A stretch of 64,000 nt of DNA from Phoronis australis (Eukaryota > Animalia > Phoronida). Below the pieces are notes generated by a model that saw only the letters and a list, made by a program, of their open reading frames with translations, had not been told where the DNA came from and ran no database searches. Where the stretch lies: NCBI GenBank assembly GCA_002633005.1, contig NMRA01000665.1:153728-217727 (forward strand). Direction: 5' to 3'. Shown here piece by piece: positions 13,508 through 27,356 of this stretch. Positions within the stretch are counted from its first letter, which is position 1; the number at the start of each line of letters is the position of its first letter. The position numbers were made by a program, and so were the translations under genes.

Positions 13508-16500
13508 GATAAAATTGAGAAGAAAGAAGGACACCTTGCATCAGAAAGTGAACAGGGAAGCAGTAAAACTTGGGCGGCGAACCATATGGGGCTGGGGGAG
13601 GGCTATAGACCCCTTATTTCAATGCTGCACCGCCTATGAAGATGGGCAGCGCACCCGATAGGGCGCTGGGAAGCTATAGCCACCCCCTTATTTCCGTATG
13701 GCTTAAGATCATGTAACGGCAACATCAAAACTGAAAAATCTTTATCTTTCAAACCTCCAAAGTAAAGTCTTAATTTTTGAGAGCTTGGAGCCGAAAGACC
13801 TTTACCAAAAATCCTTATTTCGCTGTTGTAACTAAAATGCACAAACACAACTATTTGCTAAGTTACCTGAAAGCTTGCACGTCCGTGGAAGTTTCAACGA
13901 CAACTGTGAAAATTTGGACCACACGTCTACAAATTATCTTCACACACAAAAATACGTTTCTTGCATCCTCATGGACTCGGAAATACACGACTTTATATAT
14001 TAGAAAACATAATAACGGTCATATATGTGGAGGACCCCAGTAGAAAAATATCAAGCTTAGCCTACTTAGAAATATCACATCTCATAAATGGCTGATCGCA
14101 TTCATATGAAACCTTATGCACTGTTCTCTAACACAATGACAAAAATTGTTTTTAAATTGTTCCACTTGTGTATAAGGGAATATAAAACGATATAACTTCT
14201 ATAATTTTTATTTAAAAAAATCAAAAGTTGTATACAACGAAAACGAAAGAACAAACATAGAAACTGTAAAAGTATCCTGAACATTTACATCAACTGAAAG
14301 TTGATCACGTTATTGATTCTTTTGTTTTGTACGTATTTTCTTCTTAAATTTTATTAAAAAACACGACCACGTGATAGAAGTAATAAACAAGGCTTTTACA
14401 TTCAGGATGTATACACTTTTACTGAGTTAAATTCTACAATTTCCTCGATATAGGGCACCACATGATCTTTTAGGAAAGTTGATCCTTGTTATGGAATGTA
14501 CTGTAGGCAGAAAAGCCCTGTTAACATTCACAGAACGTGTAAGGGTAACACAACGCACATTTTGTTGGGTTTGGACTTCATTCAGCACATGGATGGGGAG
14601 CAAAGGTCATGAAGAGGGATGGGTTCTGAAAGTCCCGTTTCAAACGTGAAAAGCTTACGGAAGGCCATGCAATCTCATGCGAGGAAATGGCGTGTGTTTC
14701 ACGGGTAATCTTTGTCCCTACAGGCATACACTAGTGAAATGACCGACGATTGAAGTTTTTTATTGACCAAGCAGGATTGTTTCCGTTCCATGAGCAAAGA
14801 TTTCTCGTTATGACTCGCTAGCCTGTGTACTGTGTGTTTCAATAACTAAAGATGACTTGTAACATTTGATATATAAATGTAGATGTTGGCAAAACTTATA
14901 TTTAATAGAAAGCGCGTCTTCTTTATGTACTGTTAGACGCATTCCACGGTTTTGTAATGGACGCGACATTTTGACTTTTTAATGCATTCCATCTTACAAA
15001 ATGAAATTTTAAGCTTGGTGGGAGTGTTTAAGATATCAAAAGTTTTTTAACCCTGCATATGTTCAGTACATTAGAAACGGTAAGTATAACACCTGTAAGA
15101 TAGGTTCTTTTGAAAAAATCGGCGATATATATCCTGTACAAAGATTAAACAAATAATTCAACAATTTTAGTTATAATGTGATAAGATTCTAACACATAGT
15201 TCAAAATAATATTGATGAAATACACGACACGTGTCCTTATTAACAGTCTTTCTTCCGTTCCGTTCGTATCATCGGAACAAAATTCTACTCTCAACAGAAC
15301 ATTGGAGAAGCATAATAATATAACTCTGATTTATTCTAAAAATCTATGTGTACGAAGAAGATCAGCACATATTTATACGTTAAAAAGAATAACCATCCGA
15401 AGCACTAAGCTCATTTATCCGCAACCCCACGCAAAAGACATTTAGGATATTTCTATTCTGTGGCATTTTGTGTGCATTTGATTCACTCAAATGGCTGCTA
15501 CAACTCCTGCCTCCCGTTCAGTAACGCTAGACCTCGCTAAAAAGCAAGACTTCGCGAGATTACGTGAGATATGGCCGTGTATTTTGAATGAGAGCACGTG
15601 ACTTTGACTTGGGTTTAGCTAGGTCCTAGCCTAGGTCCTAGCGTCTACTGAACTCACGCCTGGTTAATGCTGACGTCACGTCCGTTACTGTCACGTCCGT
15701 TACACACTATATTTTAAGAATGCCCAGAGTTGTACAAACACAATGTTTTTTTTCAAAAATCTTTGTTTGATTATATAGCCAAATAAGTGTAAGTATAATC
15801 TATATGCATGTAGAAACCTATTACAGAATATAAAAGACAGACTAGATTTTTAACATGAACTAACATGAGAAAATTGAGAAAGACACTTGTGATAACACCT
15901 GTATAACTTATTAAAATCATTTTAAGGTTCTGGAAATGAGTAGAATTAAAAAGTCGTGATACCGTAATCACAAAAGCCGCGTAGGTTACATATGCCTAGA
16001 ATCTCTTGTAGCTGTCGTGCTTCACTATTTACAAACGATAATTTGAACTTAGAGTGCCACGTCTGTTGCAAAATAAATAGTGGAGCACACCATACTTTGT
16101 TAAAAAGTTCGGTGTATATGATTATGGGATACTACCAGCAAGCTGATTACTGTATTTCAAAGTCATTCAGTATATAATTCTAACGGGCCTGTTTTATTGA
16201 ACAATCCCTGATGTAATTACACCTCGTGACTACACCTCAGGTGCTTGATAAAGTCCTACATGCAGGGCACTTATTCACGGCAGGTGCACCACGTCAAACT
16301 CGCGTCCTCACTTCGAACATAATCTATGACGTGTCCGACACTCACGAGAGAACTACTTTTTGTAATTTCTTGGTCAAAGTACAAAGCTGAAAATTACATG
16401 TAATCAAATACAGGGAGGTAATGGAACTTCACGTTCTTCTGTATAGCTAAATATTTGGATTTTCATTTCAATGTTTTTTAAAACATTCACGGCATCCAAC

Positions 16501-18239
16501 CGCCCTGGGTGTATGATATGTGTTTTTTGATTGCGTATCATATTGCAACTTGCGGCTAACTCAAGTGCGCAGCTAACCAGCTGGTGAGATGGTACATGGG
16601 TAGGTAAATGACTAGGTGCAAAAGAGGACAGTGCATTGCAAAATCATTTGGGTCCGTTACGTCAAACGGCCGTGACCTCGATCGTACCCGATTCGTAGGA
16701 GTGATTGTGCTTGTAGTCGTTTCTTTTTTCATTGCAAGTAGAATGTTAATTCAACATTAGACCGAATTCACACATAACATACATGTCAACCCTCATTTAC
16801 ATGTACGTTAGCGAATGGTCATATGAAACAGTATCGGTGTACAACGGCTGTGAAGCGCGGCAAGTAATCAACCCGTCCTCACTTTTGTATCCCATCTGCG
16901 TCCCCCCGTCGCCACAAATTTTGCCAAACTCTTCTCTCGCACTCGACATTTCCAAAAAATGCTACATAGACTTAAAATTTTTAATGGATTTTCAGTGGCA
17001 AAAAGCGAAGAAATTTAGTACCGTGGCGACGGTAAAATTAGCGTTTTTGCGTAGCAAGTGCGTAAATTGCATAGCAGTTGACATGTATGACTTAATAAAC
17101 GAGGTGCTCACAAATAATGGTCTCTTTTTCCTCCTTCAGATTCATTAAAAATGAGCAACTGCTAAGAGGCCTGAGCATTTTGAGGTTTGTACTGAGTTTA
17201 AAGGCTGCAAATGACGTTTTCTTGATTTCTGAGCCTGTTTCAATGAGAAAAAGGTATCCGCCAACCATTTGGCCTATTTTTTCAAGTTCTGGTTTTTCTT
17301 AATTCGTCACTTACTGCATCTATTTTGGATATTGAAATTCTGCAGGGAAATTCGATGTCAGAAACTGACTTAGTGGGGTTCTGTAAACGATAGGTACGTG
17401 TACAGTGTATGCTTTGTGTCTTTGTGTGCAGGGAACGTAATGATTATTTCCAGTTATCAATTTGCTATTAAAAGACAATTAAAACAAACCAGATGTGTTA
17501 TATGTTTGATACAATAATGCCATTTAAAAAAGCTTTCAAACTATGGTGGATAACTTTGGGTATATTGCAATTAACAAAGGCCTTCATTGGCTAATCCATG
17601 CTCTGTGTGCTCAGTGCATCGAAACAAGTCCTACTAGCTTTACTACACGTACCTAATTCCATCTCACATTTTTTTGAGTTGCGGTCAGAATGATTATGAT
17701 TTTCTGACAGGCCGATTGCCTACCAAAATCACGTGAATTTCCCTAATAATAGCATGTGCTGTTATTTTGCCTTGAACTGTTACGAAGTTGAGTACCTCTA
17801 ACATGATCAGGTGACAGCAAGGTGACGCAAATAACTTTTAAGTAAATATGCTTCTATTATTAGTTTAAACTCACAATTAAAATTGCATGCAGGTATAGAA
17901 ACTTTAAATTATTATTCCCGCAGATTTTTTTAAACAAAACTTTTGAGGTACACTTCACCCACTTCAGGTTTGGGAAACATGAGACAGTTTAGCATGGAGC
18001 CAGAGTCCTCTGTGAGCTGACTCATTATCATGGATTGGGAGTTGTGGTTTTGTCTGCAAACTGAGATTCTGTGCTTCTATGTTACACTTGAAGAAATGGT
18101 AAAATATTGAGAAATTCATCCTGAAATCGGTTTAATTGTACTTTGTGCACGATTTTTAAGCCTTTTGACAAAGTCTTAATTCTTCAGGTTCGGTTCATCT
18201 TTAGAGAAATGTGAAGCTGCTTGTACCTGTATTTTTCGG

Positions 18240-21075
18240 ATTGTTCTAAAAGCCCCTCGACCCTCATACCTCCCGACCCACGACCCCCTCAACCCACGAT
18301 CCTCGACCCACGAATACCTTGACCCACGACATGTGGCAATAGAGGTACTTTGGCGATTTTCACATATTTCATAATCTTATTACATCGCTGAGTGACTTTG
18401 CAATAAGGCATACCTGCACGCCAGTCTGCTCTGGCTCAAGGCTGGTGATTAAAAACAGAAAGTGGCGTGTGGACGTGATCTGAAATAGTGCATTGTGAGC
18501 GCGCTATCGTTGTCATGGAAATAGCTCCACGAGGATCTACCGATGGTCCAGTTGTACTAAACTTAGGGATAGAGTACGCCCCCAGAAAGCCCAGATGTTC
18601 AAAAATGTTCTTAAAAAATTGTTTGAGCTCACTAGCACTCAAATAGGTCACTAGATTATGGAAAAATTAAAAGAAAAATTGCACTCAATGACCTCGTTTT
18701 TTACAATGCTGCAATTTTGCAACAGTGGGAGCCGATAGTAGCAAATGCATCATGTTTATCGTGACATTTGTTTGAGAAATCACCACAAGACAACATCAGA
18801 TGAAACACTCTTTACCCTACAATTAATCTAATTAACAGAAAAAAAACTTCGAACTTCCCATTTTACTGGTAAAGTATACTAGTAGAGTTCAGTAGTTCAC
18901 ATACAATTCCTGTAATGCTGTGAACACAATGTGTTCAAAGATTTTTTGGTAGCCTCTATGGGCAAGAGATTCACACTGTTGCAGCTAAACATCACACAAT
19001 TTACTCAATGGGATATAGACGGAATGAGTTTTTGGTGAAGTGAAGCACAGATTAAGTTCACCTTTCTCTCACACACTTCCAGTAATGCCGTTAACGCAGT
19101 ACTTGCACTAACCTCTTTTAGCATCCTTCATGGGTCAGGGATCAATACCATCGCAGCTAACGTCATGCGGAACAACTTGTCATCTTAACGAGCGCAGATT
19201 TTGGCCATTTAACATCATCCAACGAAGGGTGGCCTCGCCTGCTAGCTTTGCACATGATCAGTGATGTAGCAGTCTTGACCTGGAAAGTTCTCCGCTGCAT
19301 GAGTTATTCTACAGGCATTTGAGGAGCACAAAGTTTTGGTACAACATAAAAGCATTGACCACCTTCCGGATGTGATGCCGTACTTGTACTTTGAGCATCC
19401 AACAGGTCGACACCACCGACAAACTTATTGTACTAGCTGCACACAAAATGGCCTTGGAATTTAGACATGGGCCTTAAATCTCTTGTCCCATATTCTAACA
19501 TTTTCAACTGGAATAGCACCAACAAAAGGTGAAATGACAGTTACTGGCTTGTTGTCATACCAGTGCACAACGCAGACGTTTTTCGCCGACCTCGACTGTT
19601 TCTTCAAACGAACCTCTTCTTTAAATTTTTCAAACTGCACCCACGGCTCATATACTAGTAGTGGTTCATCGTCACTGTCAGAGCTCTCATTATCGCCACC
19701 AAGTTGCTGGGGAACGAAGTCATCGTCATCGTCATCGTCATCGTCACCAATACCACCATCATCATCGTCATCACAATAACTACGCCTTCCAAATGACTCT
19801 CACCTCCATCTAACAAATGTAACGAATCACCCAAACAGGAAGCTTTCCTTGTCGTTTTAAATCTAAAAATTAGTAAGGAAATCGATTAGGCAATTCAATT
19901 TTGGTGCTACATTTCGTGTTTAAGAGTAAACATTTTAAGAAATTGCGAGTAATGAACAATAACGTGAATTCATAAACACGCTGGTTGAGATCCCGTACAA
20001 TCATGATGTTGAATGTGATGCCGAAGAATGAACGACCCACTAACACAAAAAGCCAAATGTTTATTTCATTTACGCAAACATTAAAATCTAACAAGTCAAA
20101 TTTACACACTTTTTAGAAGAATAAATTTACTGGTCAAAAGAAACAAACTAGTGCACTTTTGTTAAAAAACATTAACATTAACTGGGGTCAAACAAAAAAA
20201 TTAACACAACTGTTGTCTGAACCCGGTGTTGCAATTATGCAACATGGCTCTTCAGGACAAGCACACTCAAATAACAAACCATTATTCAACACAAAGTATA
20301 TACCACTAAGTAATATGTTATTTAATGGTGACAATGCATAACACTGAAATAATAAATTTACCTGGACTGTGTAGACAATGCCTTTGCTTTTTGCTCACCG
20401 GACAGCTTACAACAAGGGGGCAGACATCAATTAGTTTGCTCATTTGTCAAGAGAGGTTATTCGCAGTGTAGCTTTAGTGCAACAATGGGCCTTCTAGAGT
20501 ACACAATCAATAATATGAGTGAAAAAATGATTGTGAAATTAATAATACATTATCAAAGTTGTGTTGCAATACTGCAACACGGGGTCTTCTGGGGCTTTAA
20601 TTTACATGTACGTACATAATTTCACATTTTGATTGGTTGTTTTTTTGTTGTAAAGTCGTTTACAATGTACTCAATATAAAATTGAAATACTTTTTAGTTA
20701 ACAGTTTGTTTTTTTTCAAACTGTAGTACTGATGAAATTACAGTTTTGTCAGCACCTCGCACTCAGGTTAAAAAATGTAAAATCTACCATTCACTGAAGA
20801 GCAGACGAGACGATTACACTTTGCCGGGAACGACATCTGTAATGTTGCCTGGTCTTTGATTTTCTGTTTTTGGCTTTCAAACTACTCGAATTATGTCTCT
20901 TAATTGGAAAAAGCAGTTTTAACTGCTTTTAAAAAAGCAAGGCGAGCTTACGTCCCAACTCATTGGTTCAGATCTAGTCGAGCATGTGTAGATTAGGTCG
21001 AAGAGGTTGTAGGTAGTGAGCCGATTGGGTCGTGGGGTGTGGGGATCGAGGGTGTCGTGGAGGTTTTAGAACAAT
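18240..21075. mobile_element. Possible TIR-bounded composite element
   Basis: ATTGTTCTAAAA followed by CCC(A/T)CGACC-type repeats at left; GTCG(T/A)GG-type repeats followed by TTTTAGAACAAT at right. No TSD seen. Confidence 0.5.
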
Positions 21076-24000
21076 GTGTATTGTTCAAGTTCAAAGGGCA
21101 TTAGCGGTCTTATCTAGGGGTTTATGGTAGATATTTTAGCCCAAAGATGCCTCGACCCCTTGGGGCACGGCCACAAACTTGGCGAATCTTAGACTTCGCA
21201 AAGTAGTAGTGCTGTAGCCGGTCAAGCATAACCTATTTTTTAGCATCTGGAGGCAAAGTACATGAAGTAGTTCTGAGTAGAACAAGAAGCTGTCTGCTAT
21301 CAGTGGGGAGCGTAAAGGTTTCCTGTGCCATAATACTGCGCACATTTCTTGGCAGAGGAAGTTAGAAGTGGAGGATTTTCAACTTCGACGAATAAACAAA
21401 AACAATTCCACTTCACTGATTAAATCACAACAAACATTCACAGATTTACATAAACCCCCCGAGAAATGAGCTGATGCATGTTCTGGATGCAAAAATGTGA
21501 CGATACGCAATTTTAGTGATCAGACTGAAGGCGATCGACAACTTCAGTAACTTTGGCTAATTTTTGTGTGTCAGATTGCGTGGACCGGAAAAGCGCTATT
21601 CATGAATAATCAATACGCAAGCCAGGAGGTCTCCTGAGAGTAATGCCTGTAGGTGCGCACAGTCAAACTCCACACTGTTGCCCTGTTATTGCCGTAATAG
21701 GGCAACTACATGTACACGTAGGCATGAGGCAGGTGCGTTTGGACCCCAAGAGATAAAACTTTATTTCGCAGCTGTAAGGAATTAGTGGCTCTCCATTTTA
21801 GACTTGAGATCTAAATACGTCAACGTTAAAACGGAGGACGAAAATTCAGAAAAACAGTCTGATTCACAGAAAATGAGTATTTGATTTTTGGTTTAAACTT
21901 CAAACGGCTTCTATCGTAGCAGGCTAACTCAATGTTTGTGTTGTCGTACATTAATTGGTGGAATATGTACGCACGTATTGTTAAAGGAAGTTGCGATGCA
22001 AAGGTGTTCCTATAACTTATTCAAAGCCTGCGTGTTTAAGATGGCTTTGGGGATGCACTGAGTTTTGAACTTATACCACTTAACATGGATGTGCGCCTAA
22101 TGGAGTCGAATTGTAATCCATATGTATATCAGCTAGTCCACTAAACGCTTTTCTGTCCCAGCATAGCTGTCATTCTAAACTGTAGGTAAAAAAACGTGAA
22201 AGACTCCGTGATTGCTGTGTGCATCGTAAGATAAACATAGACAAAGGCCGTAGCGCCCACAAAAAGTTCAGGCCTGAACACCGTAGACCTAGGATAGTCT
22301 CGAAAAGGCACGATTACACAACATTTGGCAAGATGTCACCATGCGAAGCACCGTGATAGCGTTAGTATTTGCGACTGAGTTAGGTCTTGGGGACGCAGCC
22401 CTTGTGTCATGAAAGTGACATTTTCAGCGCATGCACTTGGTCACATGGGAGTGCTGCCAAAAACCTTATGTTTTCACCGAGTAGAATTGCAGTCGATGGT
22501 GTCGCCAGATGTGCCGAAATGGTGAAATTCCACAGGTCGTGTGGTTCCGACACGGTGTGGTAAAAAACATTTTGTCTGAGTTTGTCATGCAGAGGCTGTC
22601 GATGTCTCATAAACGTAACAGTCTAAAGTTGACTTAGATGCCCTCCCATATCGATTGAAGATCACGGCTAGACTCGTACCGCCTTGCGGAAGCGATGTTC
22701 AACAGCGCAGCATAACGCTAAATCGTCGTGGTCGACCGTCCGGATTTTGTATATGGTGCAACTCCAGACGGTCTGGGCTCAACAGAAAACCACAGTTCAA
22801 CTGTGAGTCTACACCAATGTGATAAACGAGAGTAGTTGTACCTGTCACGTTAGCTGCAGGTATCATTATCTCTTTTATGACACGCAATGTATGACTGCAT
22901 GGGCAAAGCCTTTTCAAACAAGTGTGTATAAACCAGTGGAGCGTGAGACCCCTGAAGTCCCTGTCAATCCTCACGACAATTCCACGTTATGGCATTTTCA
23001 CATTGAACGTTTAGAGGTACAGGCTGTAGTATGACCAACAGGAAAAACTCCAAATTACCACAGTGAGTTGTTTATTACCAGTATCTCATTGTTACGGTTG
23101 CGTTTCACAGACAAATGAATTTCAGATGCAACACAATGTAGTTCTAAGTTCAATATACGTCATTGTACTTTTGTATGAACACGAGTTCCGGTAATATTCG
23201 TAAAATCGTTTACAACAGAATTACACGTTCACTTAGTTGTTACAGAGCATTTGAGAAGCCAATTTTCTTTAGATTGTGACAAGTTAATGCACTGAATGAA
23301 CTCGATACAAGATCTGACTGCCAGAGAGACTATCAAGTGAACTGTCCTCAAATAGCACAGCACCACAACCATTCTAAGATATTTACACACAATGCAATGC
23401 ATGCTTCAAACAGTTGTTCATTTTCTCACGAAAGAATACCAGTTACTTGTTATGAAACCCGTCGTTGGATTGCTGTCAAACTTTATTGATCCTAGCACTT
23501 TGAGTATACAATGCTAGCAATAAGAAGATATCAAAATGACAAAGATTACTGACGGTAACAATAAATTGTCATTGCTTTGGTTTTGAAAAGAATGTCACAC
23601 TATGGTGCAGTGCATTATTCTACGTTACCGAAACAGGAGAATTCACTACAGATAGCCTCAAAGGGCTGATTTGCTATAAATAGAATATTACGTTTAGTAA
23701 AATATGCTTTAGTGACTGCAAGAAACTAAGCTAACTAATTACAACAGGGGCCTGTTCCGTGACAAATCGGGCTTAAAACTTAGGCAAAAACTTAGGTCTT
23801 ACGCTCCACACAGATATTTCAGAAAAATAATTAAATTTCACTAGGACGAAAGTGCAAAGAATCTTACAGTATACGCGTAATTGCTATTTACCAAGACAAT
23901 TTCTATCAATTGTTTTTTGAGGGTGATGCGTTCATAATTACTTGGTAAACTTTCATTCCACAATTGTGACGTGGGAGCGCAACACCAAGTTTCTGTCTTA

Positions 24001-25532
24001 GTCCCTTTCATGATATAAATCTCACACCTCCAAACAAATCAACAAAGGGAAGTTATACCTAAGCTAAACAAGCTGAAAATCCTGTCAAAAGAATTACATG
24101 TTTATAACCGCTGAGCTTATACATGTTCATGTAGGCATCTATTTTGTTTCAGTTCAGTTTCTGTTTCAGTTTTTCGGTTAAATATGTCTGCGATTAATTG
24201 TAATTGCCACAAGGTATAGAAATTTCGTCATCACAAATATTGTCACATCTGTTATGTACGCTATCACCAGCATCATCACGATCGCATGCAGAGTTGTTAC
24301 TACTGTCTTACTTATGCGTCACTGGGATGCAAACCAAAGAACCACAATTTACATGACTAAGAGATGTCCGTCTTTGGTTTGAACTACTTGATTGTGATTC
24401 CTGTGTCGTTATTCTGAGCAACTGTCATGATAGTAATGGATGACGATTATTTGAGAAAAGCTCAACACTTTTACAAGAGAGGGCAACGTTTTGGGAATGA
24501 AGCAGTCGCCTGGCCTCTTGCCGCCAGTTTTTTGCAGGTAACCTATTTCATTATGTTGGGTCTCATGGGACTTGAGTGCATCTCTTACAATCCACCCTTT
24601 CGCAGGAATCGAGGAAGTCGGTGGGCCTACGGAACTGACGATTTCCAATCCAATCAGCTATTTCTCCGAGGCTAATCTATTATTCAAAAACTTACGCCAG
24701 TTGTGTCTGAACTAGGACACCAGGACTGTAAGATACCCGACAGAAAGTAATATGTGAGAATGACACTTTCGTTTTCGCTCAAGCAAAGCGCATACGTGGC
24801 TTTTGTAGTCGCTTTTGTAAGGGTGGTAATCAGACGAAATAGACAAACTACAACACGTACTATAGCAGAAGAAGAGAACGACGAACAACACTATAACGCA
24901 ACAAACAAAACGATTCCACAACGCAGCAACAACATCGTCAACAACAACACATCAACATTGATATCAACAAAAGCTGTCAAAAGCCCTCTTCAAATTAGAA
25001 CAAACTCTGTTTTGACCTATTTAAATATGTTAACAAGAGCAACGCGGAGCGTTGAAATACGCCCACGAATGCACCGCTAACGGTGTGCTTCTAGGCGTGT
25101 TTATTTGGAACATAAAAACGGCAACTACATGGCGCAAAATATGTCGAATCCATCCGAGAACTTGTATGTGTCATCAAAGCTATTTACCAAATTTCATAAT
25201 AAAAATCCGTCAAGGAACTTCTGAGAAAACAGAGGAAAATGAAAAAATGAAACTGCCACAAATAAGCTATAAGCGCAAAAAACATAACCGCCACTAAGAA
25301 GCGCAAAAGTAGATAAAGTCGTCGGAAAATCATCATCAGACTTCCTCTTCCCGTTAGGAGCATAAATGCCTATTTCTACAACCATCCTTAGAGTGGTTTG
25401 GCTGACAGAGGGGCAGACGCCAAATAACAAGACTCGAAAACAGTATAAATGGCCACAAAATGGCGCAAAATGCCTCGAATTCTAACGAAAACCGGACGAT
25501 AGCGTCACCTCACTAATAGAGGGCCCAAATGC
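18976..25532. repeat. Segmental duplication block 2, copy A (copy B 50918-64000, runs off the window)
   Basis: Collinear direct similarity starting CTGTTGCAGCTAAACATCACAC; copy B carries a LINE and other indels. Confidence 0.95.
19000..19860 (-). pseudogene. piggyBac transposase fossil (internally deleted)
   Basis: Acidic N-terminal tract, VVHWYDNKPVTVISPFVGAIPV, YNKFVGGVDLLDA and C-terminal DGID..P...KRG*CKYC...EKGELNLCF, with stops and frameshifts. Confidence 0.85.
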
Positions 25533-25995
25533 CAAATTTTATGAAAATCCATCGACGACCCTTTAAGAGTCAGAGGTAAACGTAAAAAATTAAAATTGGC
25601 ACCAGGGGGCACACCGGTAGCCCGATCCGTCCGAAAGTGGTCATGCTCTGTTGTCAACTTCGTATATGCACTCCACCAAAATTCAATAAACATCCTGTAG
25701 ACCATTTAGGAGATACAGTCACGGGCGCAAAAACAAACAAAACTGACACTAAGAGGCGCAATACTATTCCAAGTCACCGGAAAATCGTCGTCAGCCGCCC
25801 CCTTCACAGTAAGCACATGTATGTCAATTTTCAAAATCATCCCTAGAGCGGTTTGGTTGATAGAACGGCGGACGCCAAAATACAGACTCTAAAACAATAA
25901 AAATGGCCTCTAGGTGGCAAGAAACACCTCGAATCCGTCCGAAAACGGGAGGATGGCGTCATCTCACTAATAGATGCCTAACTGCCAAATTTTGG
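25032..25995 (-). mobile_element. Truncated HINE (Helentron-associated element)
   Basis: Reverse-oriented 3' end GTGGGCGTATTTCAACGCTCCGCGTTGCTCTTGTT plus the ~150-bp internal repeats seen in 44792-46553. 5' end not found. Confidence 0.75.
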
Positions 25996-27356
25996 GTTTG
26001 CCTCTGCTCCATTTTTCCACCATAGGTGATGTCATCATGTAAAAATATCTAAAACGACGAAAAATCCGCTCGAGTTGGCGGCTACCAATCCCTCACAAGG
26101 CTTATTCCTACTCCACTAGGCTGACGTGCTGCAGGCCTAAATGGCGATATTGGTTGAACAAGCAACTACATATGCCTAAGGCACGGAAGTTTGGAAAGTG
26201 TCGTACCATAAGGCCAGTAGTCTGAGTAAAGACAATCGTGAAATAGAGGTGCTCTCTACTAGATTTTACGTTTTAGTCCGCAATAATGTGCTGCCATCGC
26301 CAAGCACGAATTTGCAACATAGTTTTCTCATGCACAGATGCTAATTACAACGCTAAATAGATTTATCCTACACTACCATGCAACTGTCTTTTGTAACATT
26401 CAGGTTGAGCCGCGAAGAAGGGTAATCTGGTCGCGGTCTAGCTAGTGGTACACTTACTATAAAACTCGAGCACCCTCAATGTACATGCTACCGGTGCTCA
26501 GGTAAAAGACCCACAAAAGTACACTGTACTTTAGTTGCAGTTACAACAGCCTTTCTGGATACCTCAAAAAACATGGGCAGGAACTCCTGAATCCCGCGCG
26601 CGAACCACCGAATCACGCCAATGGTGGATGAATTGAGCTTCTTGGGGACCCTAACTGCAAAAATATTCAGCTGCGTTCCCATGAGTCACCAGCATAAATT
26701 AATACCGTAGTAGACTCAACGTTTGAATGGGTTCCTATAGCCACGACGCTGGCCAATAGGTTCATGAGGAGCACTGTTTATCCAGCTCCACTAAGTTGTG
26801 TCTTAGACAATTTATTAGGTAATACGTCACTTAACCATTCACAGACACGAATTCATTCTTACATTTACAAACCCAACATCATACACTCAGAGCACACGTC
26901 ATCGGTGAATTCATTATGATGACATTGATTTCGATGTATGAGTAAACGTCCTGAACTTAAAAGTACAGGACGTTTACTCTCACTGTATTGAAATACACGA
27001 CAGCGTAATAGTATGGATCAAAGTCAAATAGTTATTCAAAATTTGCAACTACGTAATGAATTTCAAATACTTTTTTAATCGATGACCAGCGAAAATAGGC
27101 TCACGAGCATCTTCACAAGAAAATACGAACAAAGTTTCAAATTGAGAAAAATTGGACAACGTCGTATAATTTTAGAAACGTGCAGCTATTTGCAAGTGAA
27201 CCACATCGGGTGTTGTCTCATGACATAGTTCTAAGAAAGAGACTTGTGGAATATTGTCCAATTGGATTTACATTGGAGAGCCTTTTACATCTGTTTATCA
27301 TTATGAAGTCCAAAATTTCAGCCCAGTCGTGTGCTAACATCTGCACGGCAAATTAA

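Noticed and set aside
13704-14472. Possible second TTAA-type element (AAGATCATGT inverted match)
   Set aside because: The inverted match is only ~10 bp and the right flank is not TTAA.
19483-19779. Ser-rich plus-strand ORF
   Set aside because: It is the antisense reading of the Asp-rich tract of the piggyBac fossil.
21960-23000. Coding-like stretch duplicated at ~60120-60990
   Set aside because: Stops and indels differ between the copies and no protein family was recognisable.
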